A stretch of DNA of 64,000 nucleotides, from NCBI GenBank assembly GCA_964437495.1, contig CAYTGV010000005.1, positions 759-64,758 on the forward strand, read 5' to 3'. Below the pieces are notes generated by a model that was given only the letters and a program-made list of their open reading frames with translations, ran no database searches and had not been told where the DNA came from. The position numbers and the translations under genes are program-made. Below are positions 9,496 to 19,982 of this stretch, piece by piece. This stretch comes from an uncultured Planctomycetia bacterium (GTDB lineage Bacteria; Omnitrophota; Gorgyraeia; B26-G9). Position 1 is the stretch's first letter, and the number at the start of each line of letters is the position of its first letter.

Positions 9496-9975
9496 TTAAA
9501 TCCTTGGAGCTGCCAGCAAGACTATAGCTGCTGCCGCGATCGCCTTGTTCTGTCCGATAGAATCAAGCCCCTCATTGGTCTTTGCTTTTATATTTACAAT
9601 CTCCTGCTCAATTCCCAAAATTTTGCTCACCATCTCTTTTATCTGGGCCTTATATGGAGAGATCTTAACAACTTCTGCAAATATAATACAATCAATATTC
9701 TTTATATTAAAACCCTTCTTCTTTACTATATTATCTGTTTTGGCCAGTATAATTTTACTGTCTATGTCCTTATATTCAGGATCTGTATCCGAGAAATGAT
9801 CTCCAATATCGCCGCTTCCGGATGCCCCAAGCAAGGCATCACAAATAGCATGCAGAAGAACATCCGCGTCAGAGTGCCCGAGCAATCCTTTTTCTGCCGG
9901 AATTTTTACACCTCCGATAATAAGCGGCCGCCCTTTAACCAATTGATGGATATCATAACCATAACCTACTCGCAT
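9496..9975 (-). CDS. ispF: 2-C-methyl-D-erythritol 2,4-cyclodiphosphate synthase
   Basis: [51 protein letters not shown], the canonical IspF N-terminus. Confidence 0.9.
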   Translation of the reverse strand: MRVGYGYDIHQLVKGRPLIIGGVKIPAEKGLLGHSDADVLLHAICDALLGASGSGDIGDHFSDTDPEYKDIDSKIILAKTDNIVKKKGFNIKNIDCIIFAEVVKISPYKAQIKEMVSKILGIEQEIVNIKAKTNEGLDSIGQNKAIAAAAIVLLAAPRI

Positions 9976-10666
9976 ATTTCCCCTGTGTCTTTAGTATTGC
10001 CCTTGCTATTCTTAAATCCTCCGGGGTTGTAATTTTAATATTCATATTATGCCCCTGGACTATCTTAACCTTTTGTCCCAGTCTCTCTACAAGACTGGCA
10101 TCATCAAAAAATCCGCCTTTTCTATTTTTCAAGTTCTCATAGGCTTTGAGCATTAGCCTATAGGCAAAAACCTGCGGAGTCTGTACCTGCCACAGGCTAT
10201 TACGGTCTAAGGTAGAAATAACTCTCAGATTCTTATCAGCCTTTTTTATTGTTGAAGAACATTCTACAGCACAGATAACTGCTTTATGTTTTATTACCGA
10301 TCTGAAACATTTATCGATAAGTTCATCGTCCAGAAAAGGCCGGGCGCCATCATGAATAAGAACATAATCAGTATCAGTATCAAGCGCCATCAAGCCATTA
10401 TACACAGATGCACTGCGCGTAGGCCCACCGGCAACAACCGCCTTTATTTTTTTAAATTTATATTTTTTTATTAAACGTTCCGTGCGTCTAATATTAGCTT
10501 TTCCACAGCTTACAATAATATCTTTTATTTTTTCGGATCTTTCCAAGGCATTTAAACAATACCATAAAAGCGGTTTATTATTTAAACTTATATATGGTTT
10601 TGCTGTCTTGGACTTTAGCCTGAGCCCGATCCCTGCAGCTGGCACTATAGCACTCAGTTTTTTCAT
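9953..10666 (-). CDS. ispD: 2-C-methyl-D-erythritol 4-phosphate cytidylyltransferase
   Basis: AIVPAAGIGLRL nucleotide-binding motif; overlaps ispF by 23 nt, the typical ispDF arrangement. Confidence 0.9.
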   Translation of the reverse strand: MKKLSAIVPAAGIGLRLKSKTAKPYISLNNKPLLWYCLNALERSEKIKDIIVSCGKANIRRTERLIKKYKFKKIKAVVAGGPTRSASVYNGLMALDTDTDYVLIHDGARPFLDDELIDKCFRSVIKHKAVICAVECSSTIKKADKNLRVISTLDRNSLWQVQTPQVFAYRLMLKAYENLKNRKGGFFDDASLVERLGQKVKIVQGHNMNIKITTPEDLRIARAILKTQGKYASRLWL

Positions 10667-10696
10667 CTTATGATTTAATTCCCCAATTGAAAGCTA

Positions 10697-11725
10697 TCAG
10701 TTCTTTTTGCCTGTTTGACCAGCATTGCCAGCACCTTCATATTTACCAAATATCATTCTGCCGGCTGATGTCTGCAATACACTGGTCACTGCTATATTAA
10801 GAGTCTGGCCGATAAGACGCCTGGATTCCTCAACCACGACCATTGTTCCGTCATCAAGATAGGCAATGCCTTGATTGAATTCCTTTCCTTCCTTTACAAT
10901 CTTTACTTCCATTACTTCCCCAGGCAAAACAACAGGCTTCAAGGCATTAGAGAGTTCGTTTATATTTAAAACTGTAACTCCCTCAAGCTCTGCTACTTTA
11001 TTTAAATTATAATCATTTGTAAATATTTTCCCGTCAAGCACCTTGGCCATTTTTACCAGCTTGGCATCTACTTCAGTGATTTCCGGAAAATCTTCATCAT
11101 GTATTTTAACTATTACTCTGTCTAGTTTCTGGATTTTATTCAAAATATCTAGACCTCTTCGACCGCGGTTTCTTTTTAAAGCATCAGAAGAATCAGCAAT
11201 CTGCTGTAGTTCCTTTAAAACAAAACGTGGAATTATAAGACGCCCTTCTATAAATTTAGTCTGACAAAGATCAATTATCCTTCCATCGATAATAACACTG
11301 GTATCCAGCAGAATATTCTGCTGGACCTGATCATGACGGGTGAACTTCACATAAGGTATGATTAAATTAAATTCATCTCTGCCGCGAATAGCAACGATCA
11401 TCCCCAAATAACACAAAATAAGACTGAATATTACCCGGGTAGTTCTTGCCGTAGCTTCATCAACCGGCAGAAGCATTACAGCGTCAGTCAATAGCTTTGC
11501 CGCTAAAAGCCCAAAGATCAGACCAAAAACAGCGCTGGACAGCCCCCGCACAGAAATCCGTCTTAATCCCCTTTCCACAGCAATGATAATAACACTTACA
11601 AAAAAACCAATCCCTAATCCTACTAAAGCTGAATTAGAATCAGGTGTTCCCAGTAAAGCTCCCAGCTGATATCCTACTAACATACTTATAAGAGCAAAAA
11701 ACGCACGTACAAAAAATATAGTCAT
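10697..11725 (-). CDS. PIN/TRAM domain membrane protein (YacL-like)
   Basis: N-terminal TM helices, a PIN domain (NILLDTSVIIDGRIIDLCQ...) and a C-terminal TRAM-like beta domain. It sits next to radA and ispDF, its usual conserved neighbourhood. Confidence 0.8.
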   Translation of the reverse strand: MTIFFVRAFFALISMLVGYQLGALLGTPDSNSALVGLGIGFFVSVIIIAVERGLRRISVRGLSSAVFGLIFGLLAAKLLTDAVMLLPVDEATARTTRVIFSLILCYLGMIVAIRGRDEFNLIIPYVKFTRHDQVQQNILLDTSVIIDGRIIDLCQTKFIEGRLIIPRFVLKELQQIADSSDALKRNRGRRGLDILNKIQKLDRVIVKIHDEDFPEITEVDAKLVKMAKVLDGKIFTNDYNLNKVAELEGVTVLNINELSNALKPVVLPGEVMEVKIVKEGKEFNQGIAYLDDGTMVVVEESRRLIGQTLNIAVTSVLQTSAGRMIFGKYEGAGNAGQTGKKN

Positions 11726-12278
11726 CTTAAGTCACTTCCTTCCCGAAATTATAATTCTTTCTATTATAGGAAAACAGAAAAAACCTGATTCCACAGATTT
11801 AAAAAGGTTACAAGATTCTTTCCTAATCAAACACAGACAAAATCGCTGTAATCTGTTTTTCATCGATGTAATCAAGAGACATTCTTATTGCCTTACAAAG
11901 GCTATCCTACCCTAACTAAGAATGTCCTAAAATTATGATTGATAATAATTACACAGAGCCAATTTTCCTGAATATCGGATTTCAGGAATTACACTGATAG
12001 CTCATTAAAAACGAATCCGTCTTTCATTAGAGCATAAATATAGATAATCTCTGTGCAACCTTTCAACCCGAAAAATTTACCATCCTGTCTACTGCAAACA
12101 CATATTTCTTCGCATCTACCACGTTTTGCTCCCTCAGAATCCTCGACGTATTCCATAGAATACGCCTGCGGGTTCTTCGGTCGCAAGCCTTATATCTGCA
12201 ACGATCTTCGTGCCTTCGCAACAACACCATGATAAAATATCCGAGTCTAAACCAGTGTAAATAAAAAACATAAAATTC

Positions 12279-13652
12279 CTACTTTTCTATTATAAGATCC
12301 ATTGCTTCCTTAACAGTAGAAACACCGATGATCTCCAACTTACTTTTCTTTGACCTCCCCCCCAAATTTTTTAAATTGTTTGCGGGCATTATTACCCGAT
12401 TAAAACCCATTTTTTCCACCTCTTTGATCCGCAAATCAGCCTTAGTTACAGCTCTGATTTCACCGCCAAGTCCTACTTCTCCAAATATCACATCTGTGCT
12501 TAAAATAGGCTTTTCCCTAAAGCTGGAAAAAATAGCCGTAATAACAGCTAAATCAGCTGCCGGTTCAACAATTTTAACACCTCCGGCAACATTAACAAAT
12601 ATATCCTGGTTCTGCAGCGGACATTGCGCTCTTTTTTCCAAGACAGCGGTAAGTAAAGCCACCCGGTTAAGATCAATGCCTGTTGTACGACGCCTGGGTA
12701 AACCAAAATTAGTCGGACTTACCAAAGATTGGATCTCAACCAGAAGAGGTCTTGTGCCTTCCATAGTCGCTACCACAGCAGATCCTGAAGTATTCTCCTG
12801 ACGCTGTGTCAGAAACATTACAGATGGATTATCCACTTGCTTAAGGCCTTCTGATGTCATTTCAAAAATACCGATCTCATTAGTCGAACCAAAGCGATTT
12901 TTTACAGCCCGCAAAATCCTGAAATTTGTATGTGTTTCTCCTTCAAAATATAAAACAGTGTCCACTAAATGCTCTAAAACCCTGGGCCCGGCAAGCGATC
13001 CATCTTTTGTAACATGACCTACCAAGAAGACTGCAATACCTGTTTTTTTTGCAAGTATCGTCAATCTAGACGCGCATTCCCTAACCTGAGAGACACTGCC
13101 TGATGCACTTGTTATATCATCGGTATAAAGAACTTGTATTGAATCAGCAATAATCACATCAGGCGCAATCTTTTTTATATGTTCAAAGATAATATCCAGA
13201 TTTGTTTCACAGACAATATAAAGATCATCTTCAACAGCATTCAAACGCTCAGCCCGCAATTTAGTCTGCTGCGCTGACTCTTCCGCACTAATATAAAGAA
13301 TCTTCTTATTTTTTTTTCTTAATGCCGCGCAAACCTGCAAAAGCAGTGTAGACTTCCCGATGCCTGGTGCTCCGCCAAATAAAACCACAGATCCTTCTAC
13401 AACCCCACCACCTAGAACATGATCAAGTTCCGACATGTCAGTTTTAACTCTAAGATTGTTTTCAATCTTAACATCCCCTAACCGTTCAGGTTTTGAGAGC
13501 AAATTAATAGCAAATCGGTGAGTGCTTTCAGTTGTTTTCTGGTTGACTTCCTCGACAAGTGAATTCCAACTATTGCACTCCGGACAACGGCCTATCCATT
13601 TTGCCGAAGAATAACCGCACTTCTGACATATAAATTCGGTTTTTATCTTCAT
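12279..13652 (-). CDS. radA: DNA repair protein RadA
   Basis: C4 zinc finger (CQKCGYSSAKWIGRCPECNSWNS), Walker A GGAPGIGKST, the KNRFG motif, and a Lon-like C-terminal domain. The ORF-track start at 13754 is an upstream extension; the likely start is MKIKTEF at 13652. Confidence 0.9.
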   Translation of the reverse strand: MKIKTEFICQKCGYSSAKWIGRCPECNSWNSLVEEVNQKTTESTHRFAINLLSKPERLGDVKIENNLRVKTDMSELDHVLGGGVVEGSVVLFGGAPGIGKSTLLLQVCAALRKKNKKILYISAEESAQQTKLRAERLNAVEDDLYIVCETNLDIIFEHIKKIAPDVIIADSIQVLYTDDITSASGSVSQVRECASRLTILAKKTGIAVFLVGHVTKDGSLAGPRVLEHLVDTVLYFEGETHTNFRILRAVKNRFGSTNEIGIFEMTSEGLKQVDNPSVMFLTQRQENTSGSAVVATMEGTRPLLVEIQSLVSPTNFGLPRRRTTGIDLNRVALLTAVLEKRAQCPLQNQDIFVNVAGGVKIVEPAADLAVITAIFSSFREKPILSTDVIFGEVGLGGEIRAVTKADLRIKEVEKMGFNRVIMPANNLKNLGGRSKKSKLEIIGVSTVKEAMDLIIEK

Positions 13653-13696
13653 TGTTTTATAAAAATAAACAGCAGTCAGGTTATTCCTGTTTGCTG

Positions 13697-14476
13697 TTAA
13701 TCTCCTTTTGTTCTCCTCTTTTTTACACGCGGAGCTTTCTGGAATATTTTCCATGGATGCAGTTTTAGATCTTTGACTAAATCATTAAGCGCAATATTTA
13801 AATCAGTTATAGTCTTGTCCAGCTTTCCGTTTAGATTTACGATCATTGCCTCGGTCTCATTGTAGATCGAATCATCATTAATAAGCTTACCAAGTGTTCC
13901 CTTACCATTTTTCACGCTAAGAACGGTTTCATTTAAAACTTTCGTGGTCTCTTTTAGATTTTCAGTAGCTACTCTCATATTATAAAAACTCTCTCTCAAA
14001 GAATCCCTTACAGTCTGATCCCCTACAATATCAACAAGCGATTCTGTAAGCTTTTCAAGCTGAACCGGATTGTTTCCCATGATAAAATCACCATCTCTTA
14101 AAAAATTTTCTCTGTCATCGCCAGGTACAATCTCCACATATTTCTCACCTAAAATACCCAGAGTATTAATATAAGCTACAGAATCCTTTGGGATCTTAAC
14201 ACTATTTTTTAGCATAAGATGCAGCTGAACCTGTGTCTTTTTCTTCTCATGATGATAAAAAATTTCCACATTCTTAACATCACCCACAGCAACTCCGGCA
14301 ACGTGCACAGGAGCATCCCTAGACACACCGTTTACAAAATCAAAAATAACGTTTAATTTTTGTGTATTTCTATTAAAAATATTTATCCCGCCTATCTGAA
14401 AAACTATTACAGATAAAATCAAAATAGCAATAAACACAAACAGTCCCACTTTAAATTCGATGCTAACGCCTTTCAT
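13697..14476 (-). CDS. mlaD: MlaD/Mce family substrate-binding protein
   Basis: N-terminal TM helix then an Mce domain (VIFDFVNGVSRDAPVHVAGVAVGDVKNVEI). Start at MKGVS, with GGGGGAG 6 nt upstream. Confidence 0.75.
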   Translation of the reverse strand: MKGVSIEFKVGLFVFIAILILSVIVFQIGGINIFNRNTQKLNVIFDFVNGVSRDAPVHVAGVAVGDVKNVEIFYHHEKKKTQVQLHLMLKNSVKIPKDSVAYINTLGILGEKYVEIVPGDDRENFLRDGDFIMGNNPVQLEKLTESLVDIVGDQTVRDSLRESFYNMRVATENLKETTKVLNETVLSVKNGKGTLGKLINDDSIYNETEAMIVNLNGKLDKTITDLNIALNDLVKDLKLHPWKIFQKAPRVKKRRTKGD

Positions 14477-14605
14477 CTTTTCTCCCCCATTTGCCAAAAT
14501 TCATAAAAAAGGACCTATAAACTCCATTAGAAAACTTAGTTTTTACCCAGATCAGAATCGTTATTTTTCTCAAACTGCACAAATTAAATATTAATTATAT
14601 TTTTA

Positions 14606-15375
14606 TCAATCAGTTCTTTTTTGTTCATTACGCTTATCGGTTATCGGGCCATGAGCCGCTCCTGTTATAAACTGCCTAACAATTGGGTCCTCTGTATTTC
14701 TAATTTCATCCGGAGTCCCCTGAGCGATTATTTTTCCGTCATAAAGCATTGCTATTCTTGTGCCTACTTTGTAAGCAGAAGTCATATCATGAGTAACAAC
14801 TATAGAAGTTACTTTCAATTTTTCTTTCAAGCGAATGATCAATTCATTTATCATATCCGCCATGATCGGGTCAAGCCCAGTTGTCGGCTCATCATAAAGA
14901 ATAATTTGAGGTTCATTACATATTGCACGCGCAAGCCCTACTCTTTTTTTCATGCCGCCGCTAAGTTCAGCAGGCTTTTTATCCATTATATCGTCCAGAT
15001 CAACGCTTTCTAAAGACTTTGCTACCCTTTCCTTTATTTCCTCTTCTGTTTTGTCAGTATGCTCATACAAAGCAAACCCAACATTTTCATAAACATCAAG
15101 TGAATCAAAAAGTGCAGCTCCTTGAAAAAGCATTCCAAATTTCATTCTCAGGTTTACAAGATCTTTGCCCCTTAATTTAGATACTAGTTGAGAATCAACA
15201 AAAACCTCTCCTTCATCAGGCCTTAAAATCCCGATAATATGTTTCAAAAGAACACTTTTACCGCATCCAGAGCGCCCGATAATAACCAGCGTTTCTCCTT
15301 CATTGATTTCCAAATCCAGTCCTTTTAGGACTTTCATGCCCTCAAATTCTTTATGTAGGTTTTTTATCGTTATCA
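14606..15375 (-). CDS. mlaF: ABC transporter ATP-binding protein (MlaF-like)
   Basis: Walker A GRSGCGKS and signature LSGGMKKRVGLARA. True start MITIKNL at 15375 (GGAG upstream); the ORF-track start at 15514 is a spurious extension across the structured spacer. Confidence 0.85.
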
Positions 15376-15514
15376 TTAATAAAACTCCAATGTCTAAATT
15401 TAACCTTCCCCGTACGCTTAAGGGGGACGATCCCACCAAATTGCGGCGGGATAAATTTCCACCACTGAATACCAGTGGCGAGACCTCGCCACATGAAATG
15501 TGGCGGGCACTCAT

Positions 15515-16294
15515 TTAAAATATAAAATAAAACAATGCTGTAAAGAAACAGTCAAAAGCAATAACCAGAATACAGGCAGTAGCCACAGAAAGTGTCGTTG
15601 CCTTTCCTACTCCCTCAGCTCCTCCTTTTGTCCTAAGGCCCTCATAACAAGCAACAATAGAAATAATTGCCCCAAAAACCAACGCCTTCAGAAGACCGGT
15701 AAATACATCCTTATAAATAAGCGCATCAAATGTCTTTTTAATATATAAATGCGGAGAAATATGCAGTTTAGAAACCCCTACAATAAATCCGCCAAGGATA
15801 CCAACAAAATCAGCATATACTGTCAAAAGAGGCAGCATTATACACAAAGCCAAAAATCTGGGCACAACAAGATATTTAATCGGATTAGTCGCTAAAGTCT
15901 CCAGTGCATCTACCTGCTCCGTTACCTTCATTGTCCCTACTTCGGCGGTAATTGATGATCCTACCCTAGCGGCAACAACAAGAGCAGTAAAAACAGGCCC
16001 CATCTCTCTAGTCATAGACACGCTTACCAATGACGCAATATAAATCTCCGCAGACATTTGTCTCATGGTGTATGCAGTCTGAAAAGCTAAAACAATACCA
16101 GCAAAAAAAGCAGTTAGGAAAACAATCATAATGCTGTCTACCCCTGTTTTTTTCATCTGCTCAAGAAGCTGCCCTTTTTTAAACGGAGGAACAAATATCA
16201 AGCCTATTGTGCGTACAAGCAAAACACTCACTCCGCCAACATACTCCACAAGCTCAGTGATCTTTGCTCTTACTTTAAATGCATATGTGTTCAT
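15515..16294 (-). CDS. mlaE: ABC transporter permease (MlaE family)
   Basis: MlaE-type polytopic permease with the conserved EQVDALETL-type region (TEQVDALETLATNPIKYLVVPRF). Confidence 0.85.
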   Translation of the reverse strand: MNTYAFKVRAKITELVEYVGGVSVLLVRTIGLIFVPPFKKGQLLEQMKKTGVDSIMIVFLTAFFAGIVLAFQTAYTMRQMSAEIYIASLVSVSMTREMGPVFTALVVAARVGSSITAEVGTMKVTEQVDALETLATNPIKYLVVPRFLALCIMLPLLTVYADFVGILGGFIVGVSKLHISPHLYIKKTFDALIYKDVFTGLLKALVFGAIISIVACYEGLRTKGGAEGVGKATTLSVATACILVIAFDCFFTALFYFIF

Positions 16295-16317
16295 AGCAGC
16301 TTTACCTCAATTTTTGA

Positions 16318-18756
16318 TCAAGTGGAAAAAGTAAGCTCTTCCTTTTTTAGGTCTGCAGATATTTTAATCTGCTTTGTCTTTTCGATATGCCCAGACAATA
16401 TTTCTTCAGCCAAAGGATTTTCTAAAAATCTTTGGATAGTTCTCTTCAGGGGCCTTGCACCGAAATTCTGGTCAAATCCTTTAGTGATCAGCAGATCTTT
16501 TGCTTTTTGGTCAAGCTCAATATCTACTTGCTGGTCACTTAAACGTGCTACAAGGTCATGTATTTCAATCTCTATTATCTTATAGAGATCCTCTTTGGTC
16601 AAAGGCCTAAATACTATCGCATCATCAACACGATTAAGAAATTCAGGTTTAAAAGCTTTCTTAACCTCTTCCATTAATTTAGCTTTCATTGATTTATAAT
16701 TCATCTCGTCTTCCTGAGATGTGAAACCAATCGCTCCCTGCTTACGCAGTAAATCTGCTCCGATATTACTGGTCATGATCAACACAGTATTTCGAAAGTC
16801 AATTTTTCTACCCAGACTGTCTGTTAAACGCCCTTCTTCTAAAACCTGCAGCAACAGATTAAATACATCCGGATGTGCTTTTTCAACCTCATCCAGCAGG
16901 ATTACCGAATAAGGTTTTCTTCTGACTTTTTCTGTCAATTGCCCCCCCTCTTCATATCCAACATATCCGGGAGGTGCTCCGACTAAACGTGAGACATTGA
17001 ATTTTTCCATATATTCTGACATATCAATTTGAATTATCGAATCAAGATCTCCGAACATAAAATTTGCCAGTGCCTTACCAAGAAGCGTCTTACCAACCCC
17101 TGTAGGCCCGAGGAATATAAATGACCCAATAGGCCGTTTCGGGTCTTTCAATCCTGCGCGTGAGCGGCGTACAGCATGCGTAATAGCCTTTATCGCCTCG
17201 TCCTGTCCAATAATTGTTTTATGCAATTCATCTTCCATCTTTAAAAGCTTTTCGCTTTCTTTCTCCTCCAAACGAGCTATAGGAACTCCGGTCCATTGGG
17301 AAATTATTTCAGCGATATCCTCTTCCTGGACCTCAACACTTGTCTCCATATTGCTTTCTTTCCAGCTACGCCTTATTTTTTCAAGCTCACTGCGGGATTC
17401 TCGCTCTTTATCACGATAAGAAGCCGCCTTTTCAAAATCCTGAGCCTTTACAGATGCCTCTTTTTCTTTTCTTAATTCCTCAATTTTATTTTCCATGTCT
17501 TTTAGATCCGGAGGCGCTGTCATAGCTTCAAGTCTTGCTTTAGCACCAGCTTCATCAATAATATCAACTGCCTTATCAGGCAGAAATCTACCGCTTATAT
17601 AACGCTCGGATAATTTAGCCGCTGCATTCAATGCCGCATCTGAATACTTAACCCTATGATGCGCTTCATATTTATCTCTTAGGCCTTTTAAGATCTCAAA
17701 CGTTTCAGATATAGACGGCGGATCAACAATTATAGTCTGAAATCTTCTTTCAAGCGCCGCGTCTTTTTCAATATATTTTCGGTATTCATCAATTGTCGTT
17801 GCTCCAATACACTGAATCTCTCCGCGAGCCAATGCAGGTTTTAAAATGTTAGATGCATCTATCGCTCCCTCTGCTCCGCCTGCTCCGACTAGTGTATGCA
17901 GCTCATCAATAAATATCATTACATTCTCAGATCGTTTTATTTCATCCATAACCGCCTTAATGCGTTCTTCAAACTGGCCTCTGTATTTTGTACCTGCTAC
18001 CATTAAAGCCAGATCAAGCACAACCACTCTTTTATCACGCAATATCTCAGGAACATTTCCGGCAACAATTTTTTGCGCTAGTCCCTCTACAATAGCTGTT
18101 TTTCCTACACCTGCCTCACCAAGCAAAACAGGATTGTTTTTAGTTCTGCGGCTGAGAATACGGATAACCCGCTCTATTTCCATAGCCCTGCCAATCACAG
18201 GATCAAGTTTTCCGTTTTTAGCTAATTTATTAAGATCTCTGCCAAAAGCATCTAAGGCTGGAGTTTTAGCCTTTGAGGCAACTGCACCCGGTTGTTGTGT
18301 AGCATCGTAATTTGCGGAGGTTGTTCCCAATAATTCCATTATCTCTTTACGTACCTTATTAAGATCAAGTCCGAGGTTTAACAATACTTGTGAAGCTACT
18401 CCTTCATTTTCACGAATAAGCCCGAGCAGAAGATGCTCTGTCCCTATATAGTTATGGCCCAGATTTCTGGCCTCATCCATAGCCAGCTCAATCACCTTTT
18501 TTGCTTTAGGCGTAAACGGTATATCTCCGCTGGTTACCGTACTTGGCCCAGGCTGAACCAGTTTTTCTGTCTCCAGCCTTATCATATCCAGATTAAGTCC
18601 CAGGTTCTGCAATACCGCAGAAGCAACCCCCTCGCCTTCTTTAATAAGTCCAAGCAGTATATGTTCAGTACCTATATAGTCGTGATTGAATCGTTTGGAT
18701 TCTTCTTTTGCCAATAAGATTACTTTTCTCGCTCTCTCTGTAAATCTGTCAAACAT
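16318..18756 (-). CDS. clpC: ATP-dependent Clp protease ATP-binding subunit ClpC
   Basis: Two Clp_N repeats, a UVR motif, two AAA+ modules (GEAGVGKTAIVEGLA, GPTGVGKTLLGKALA) and a ClpB_D2-small C-terminus. Start MFDRFTERARKVI at 18756 with AAGGGGGAG upstream; the track start at 18861 is an extension. Confidence 0.9.
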   Translation of the reverse strand: MFDRFTERARKVILLAKEESKRFNHDYIGTEHILLGLIKEGEGVASAVLQNLGLNLDMIRLETEKLVQPGPSTVTSGDIPFTPKAKKVIELAMDEARNLGHNYIGTEHLLLGLIRENEGVASQVLLNLGLDLNKVRKEIMELLGTTSANYDATQQPGAVASKAKTPALDAFGRDLNKLAKNGKLDPVIGRAMEIERVIRILSRRTKNNPVLLGEAGVGKTAIVEGLAQKIVAGNVPEILRDKRVVVLDLALMVAGTKYRGQFEERIKAVMDEIKRSENVMIFIDELHTLVGAGGAEGAIDASNILKPALARGEIQCIGATTIDEYRKYIEKDAALERRFQTIIVDPPSISETFEILKGLRDKYEAHHRVKYSDAALNAAAKLSERYISGRFLPDKAVDIIDEAGAKARLEAMTAPPDLKDMENKIEELRKEKEASVKAQDFEKAASYRDKERESRSELEKIRRSWKESNMETSVEVQEEDIAEIISQWTGVPIARLEEKESEKLLKMEDELHKTIIGQDEAIKAITHAVRRSRAGLKDPKRPIGSFIFLGPTGVGKTLLGKALANFMFGDLDSIIQIDMSEYMEKFNVSRLVGAPPGYVGYEEGGQLTEKVRRKPYSVILLDEVEKAHPDVFNLLLQVLEEGRLTDSLGRKIDFRNTVLIMTSNIGADLLRKQGAIGFTSQEDEMNYKSMKAKLMEEVKKAFKPEFLNRVDDAIVFRPLTKEDLYKIIEIEIHDLVARLSDQQVDIELDQKAKDLLITKGFDQNFGARPLKRTIQRFLENPLAEEILSGHIEKTKQIKISADLKKEELTFST

Positions 18757-18930
18757 GTAACTCCCCCTTTTTAATGATCCCGCCTTGACAGGCGAATTAA
18801 ACCCGCCCCATCTTTTATCTTTGTCTTTGCCCAATATAAGATTGGTGCACAGGTAATCCACTATATAAAAAATATTATTATCTGATACAATCTAATAGCT
18901 TAGCATTATTAAAATTTACTAAACCGTGAT

Positions 18931-19980
18931 TTATTTTATTTTTTCCCGAATCAACTGCGCACGTTTAACATCACGCTGATGAGCTGTAAGCGCTTTAGCT
19001 TCCAGTTTTTGTAAATGTGCTGGCTGTGTTAAAATGAAAAGCTCATTGATTGTTTCCCGAGCTAATCCTTTGATAAGACCCATATCAAATCCTAATCTTA
19101 CATTAGAAAGAAGCTTAATAGTTTCCACACTCGATATAATATGAGCATTTTTTAATATCCCATAAGCACGCCAAACCTGGTCTTCCAAATTGCTCTTATC
19201 TTTAGTCTTTAATACCTGCCGCGCATTTTGTTCATATTCAAAAACCTGATTTAATATCCGTGTTATATTATCAATAATTTCATGCTCACTTCTTCCAAGA
19301 GATACCTGATTAGATATCTGAAAAAAGTTTCCTGTTGCCTCAGTACCCTCTCCGAATAATCCTCTTACCGTAAGTCCCAGCTTAACAATTGCCTGCACAA
19401 CACGGTTTATCTGCTTAGTCATTACAAGCGCCGGAAGGTGAAGCATTGCAGAAGCACGCATTCCTGTGCCTGTATTTGTCGGGCAAGCAGTCAGATATCC
19501 CAGTTTTACTGAAAAAGCGATATTAAGTTTCTTTTCCAATCTATTGTCAATATTTTCTATTTTATTCCAGCATTCCTCAAGCGCAAATCCAGGAAGCAAT
19601 ACCTGAATGCGCATATGATCTTCTTCATTGATCATTATCGAAACAGATTCATCAGAATTTATCGCAACAGCACGGCCTTCTTTTTTAGCAATCAACTCTC
19701 TGCTTATTAAATGTCTTTCCACCATTAGCTGTTTTTCAACATTTGTCGCGTCTTTTATCGCTAAGAACAGACCTTTGTTTTTTATCTCATCAACTTCCCT
19801 AACAACAGGCTCAATTATAGCAAGAGTACTCTCCAGCTGCGGATCAGTCGCCCAATCAGGAAAGATCATCTTTTCGATATTTCGCGCCAGGCGTACGCGG
19901 CTAGAAATAACAATATCAGAATGCGGCCCAGTCCCTTTGAGCCAGCCACTAGTTTGTTTAAGAAGATCGTCAAGTGTCAT
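18931..19980 (-). CDS. mcsB: protein arginine kinase McsB
   Basis: Phosphagen-kinase fold motifs (CPTNTGTGMRASAMLHLPAL). Confidence 0.9.
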   Translation of the reverse strand: MTLDDLLKQTSGWLKGTGPHSDIVISSRVRLARNIEKMIFPDWATDPQLESTLAIIEPVVREVDEIKNKGLFLAIKDATNVEKQLMVERHLISRELIAKKEGRAVAINSDESVSIMINEEDHMRIQVLLPGFALEECWNKIENIDNRLEKKLNIAFSVKLGYLTACPTNTGTGMRASAMLHLPALVMTKQINRVVQAIVKLGLTVRGLFGEGTEATGNFFQISNQVSLGRSEHEIIDNITRILNQVFEYEQNARQVLKTKDKSNLEDQVWRAYGILKNAHIISSVETIKLLSNVRLGFDMGLIKGLARETINELFILTQPAHLQKLEAKALTAHQRDVKRAQLIREKIK

Positions 19981-19982
19981 TT

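Noticed and set aside
11726-11800. SRP (4.5S) RNA suggested by GGAAGGAAG
   Set aside because: The match is the Shine-Dalgarno region of yacL (GGAAGGAAGtgacttaagATG); no symmetric domain IV helix around it.
11989-12186. 65-aa minus-strand ORF in the yacL-radA spacer
   Set aside because: No RBS, Cys/Arg-rich nonsense-like composition; the region is more likely non-coding.
12328-12801. Plus-strand ORFs antisense to radA (12328-12801), clpC (17846-18310), mcsB (19628-20071), hppA (28672-29133, 29751-30062) and others
   Set aside because: Each lies wholly inside a well-supported minus-strand gene with clear family motifs; low-complexity translations; no start signals. This is expected in AT-poor third-position antisense frames.
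13653-13754. N-terminal extensions in the ORF track (radA; also mlaF to 15514, clpC to 18861, cysE to 9479, mcsA to 20492)
   Set aside because: In each case a strong SD plus ATG lies further in, and family N-termini align there. The longer versions use GTG or upstream in-frame codons and cross structured spacers.
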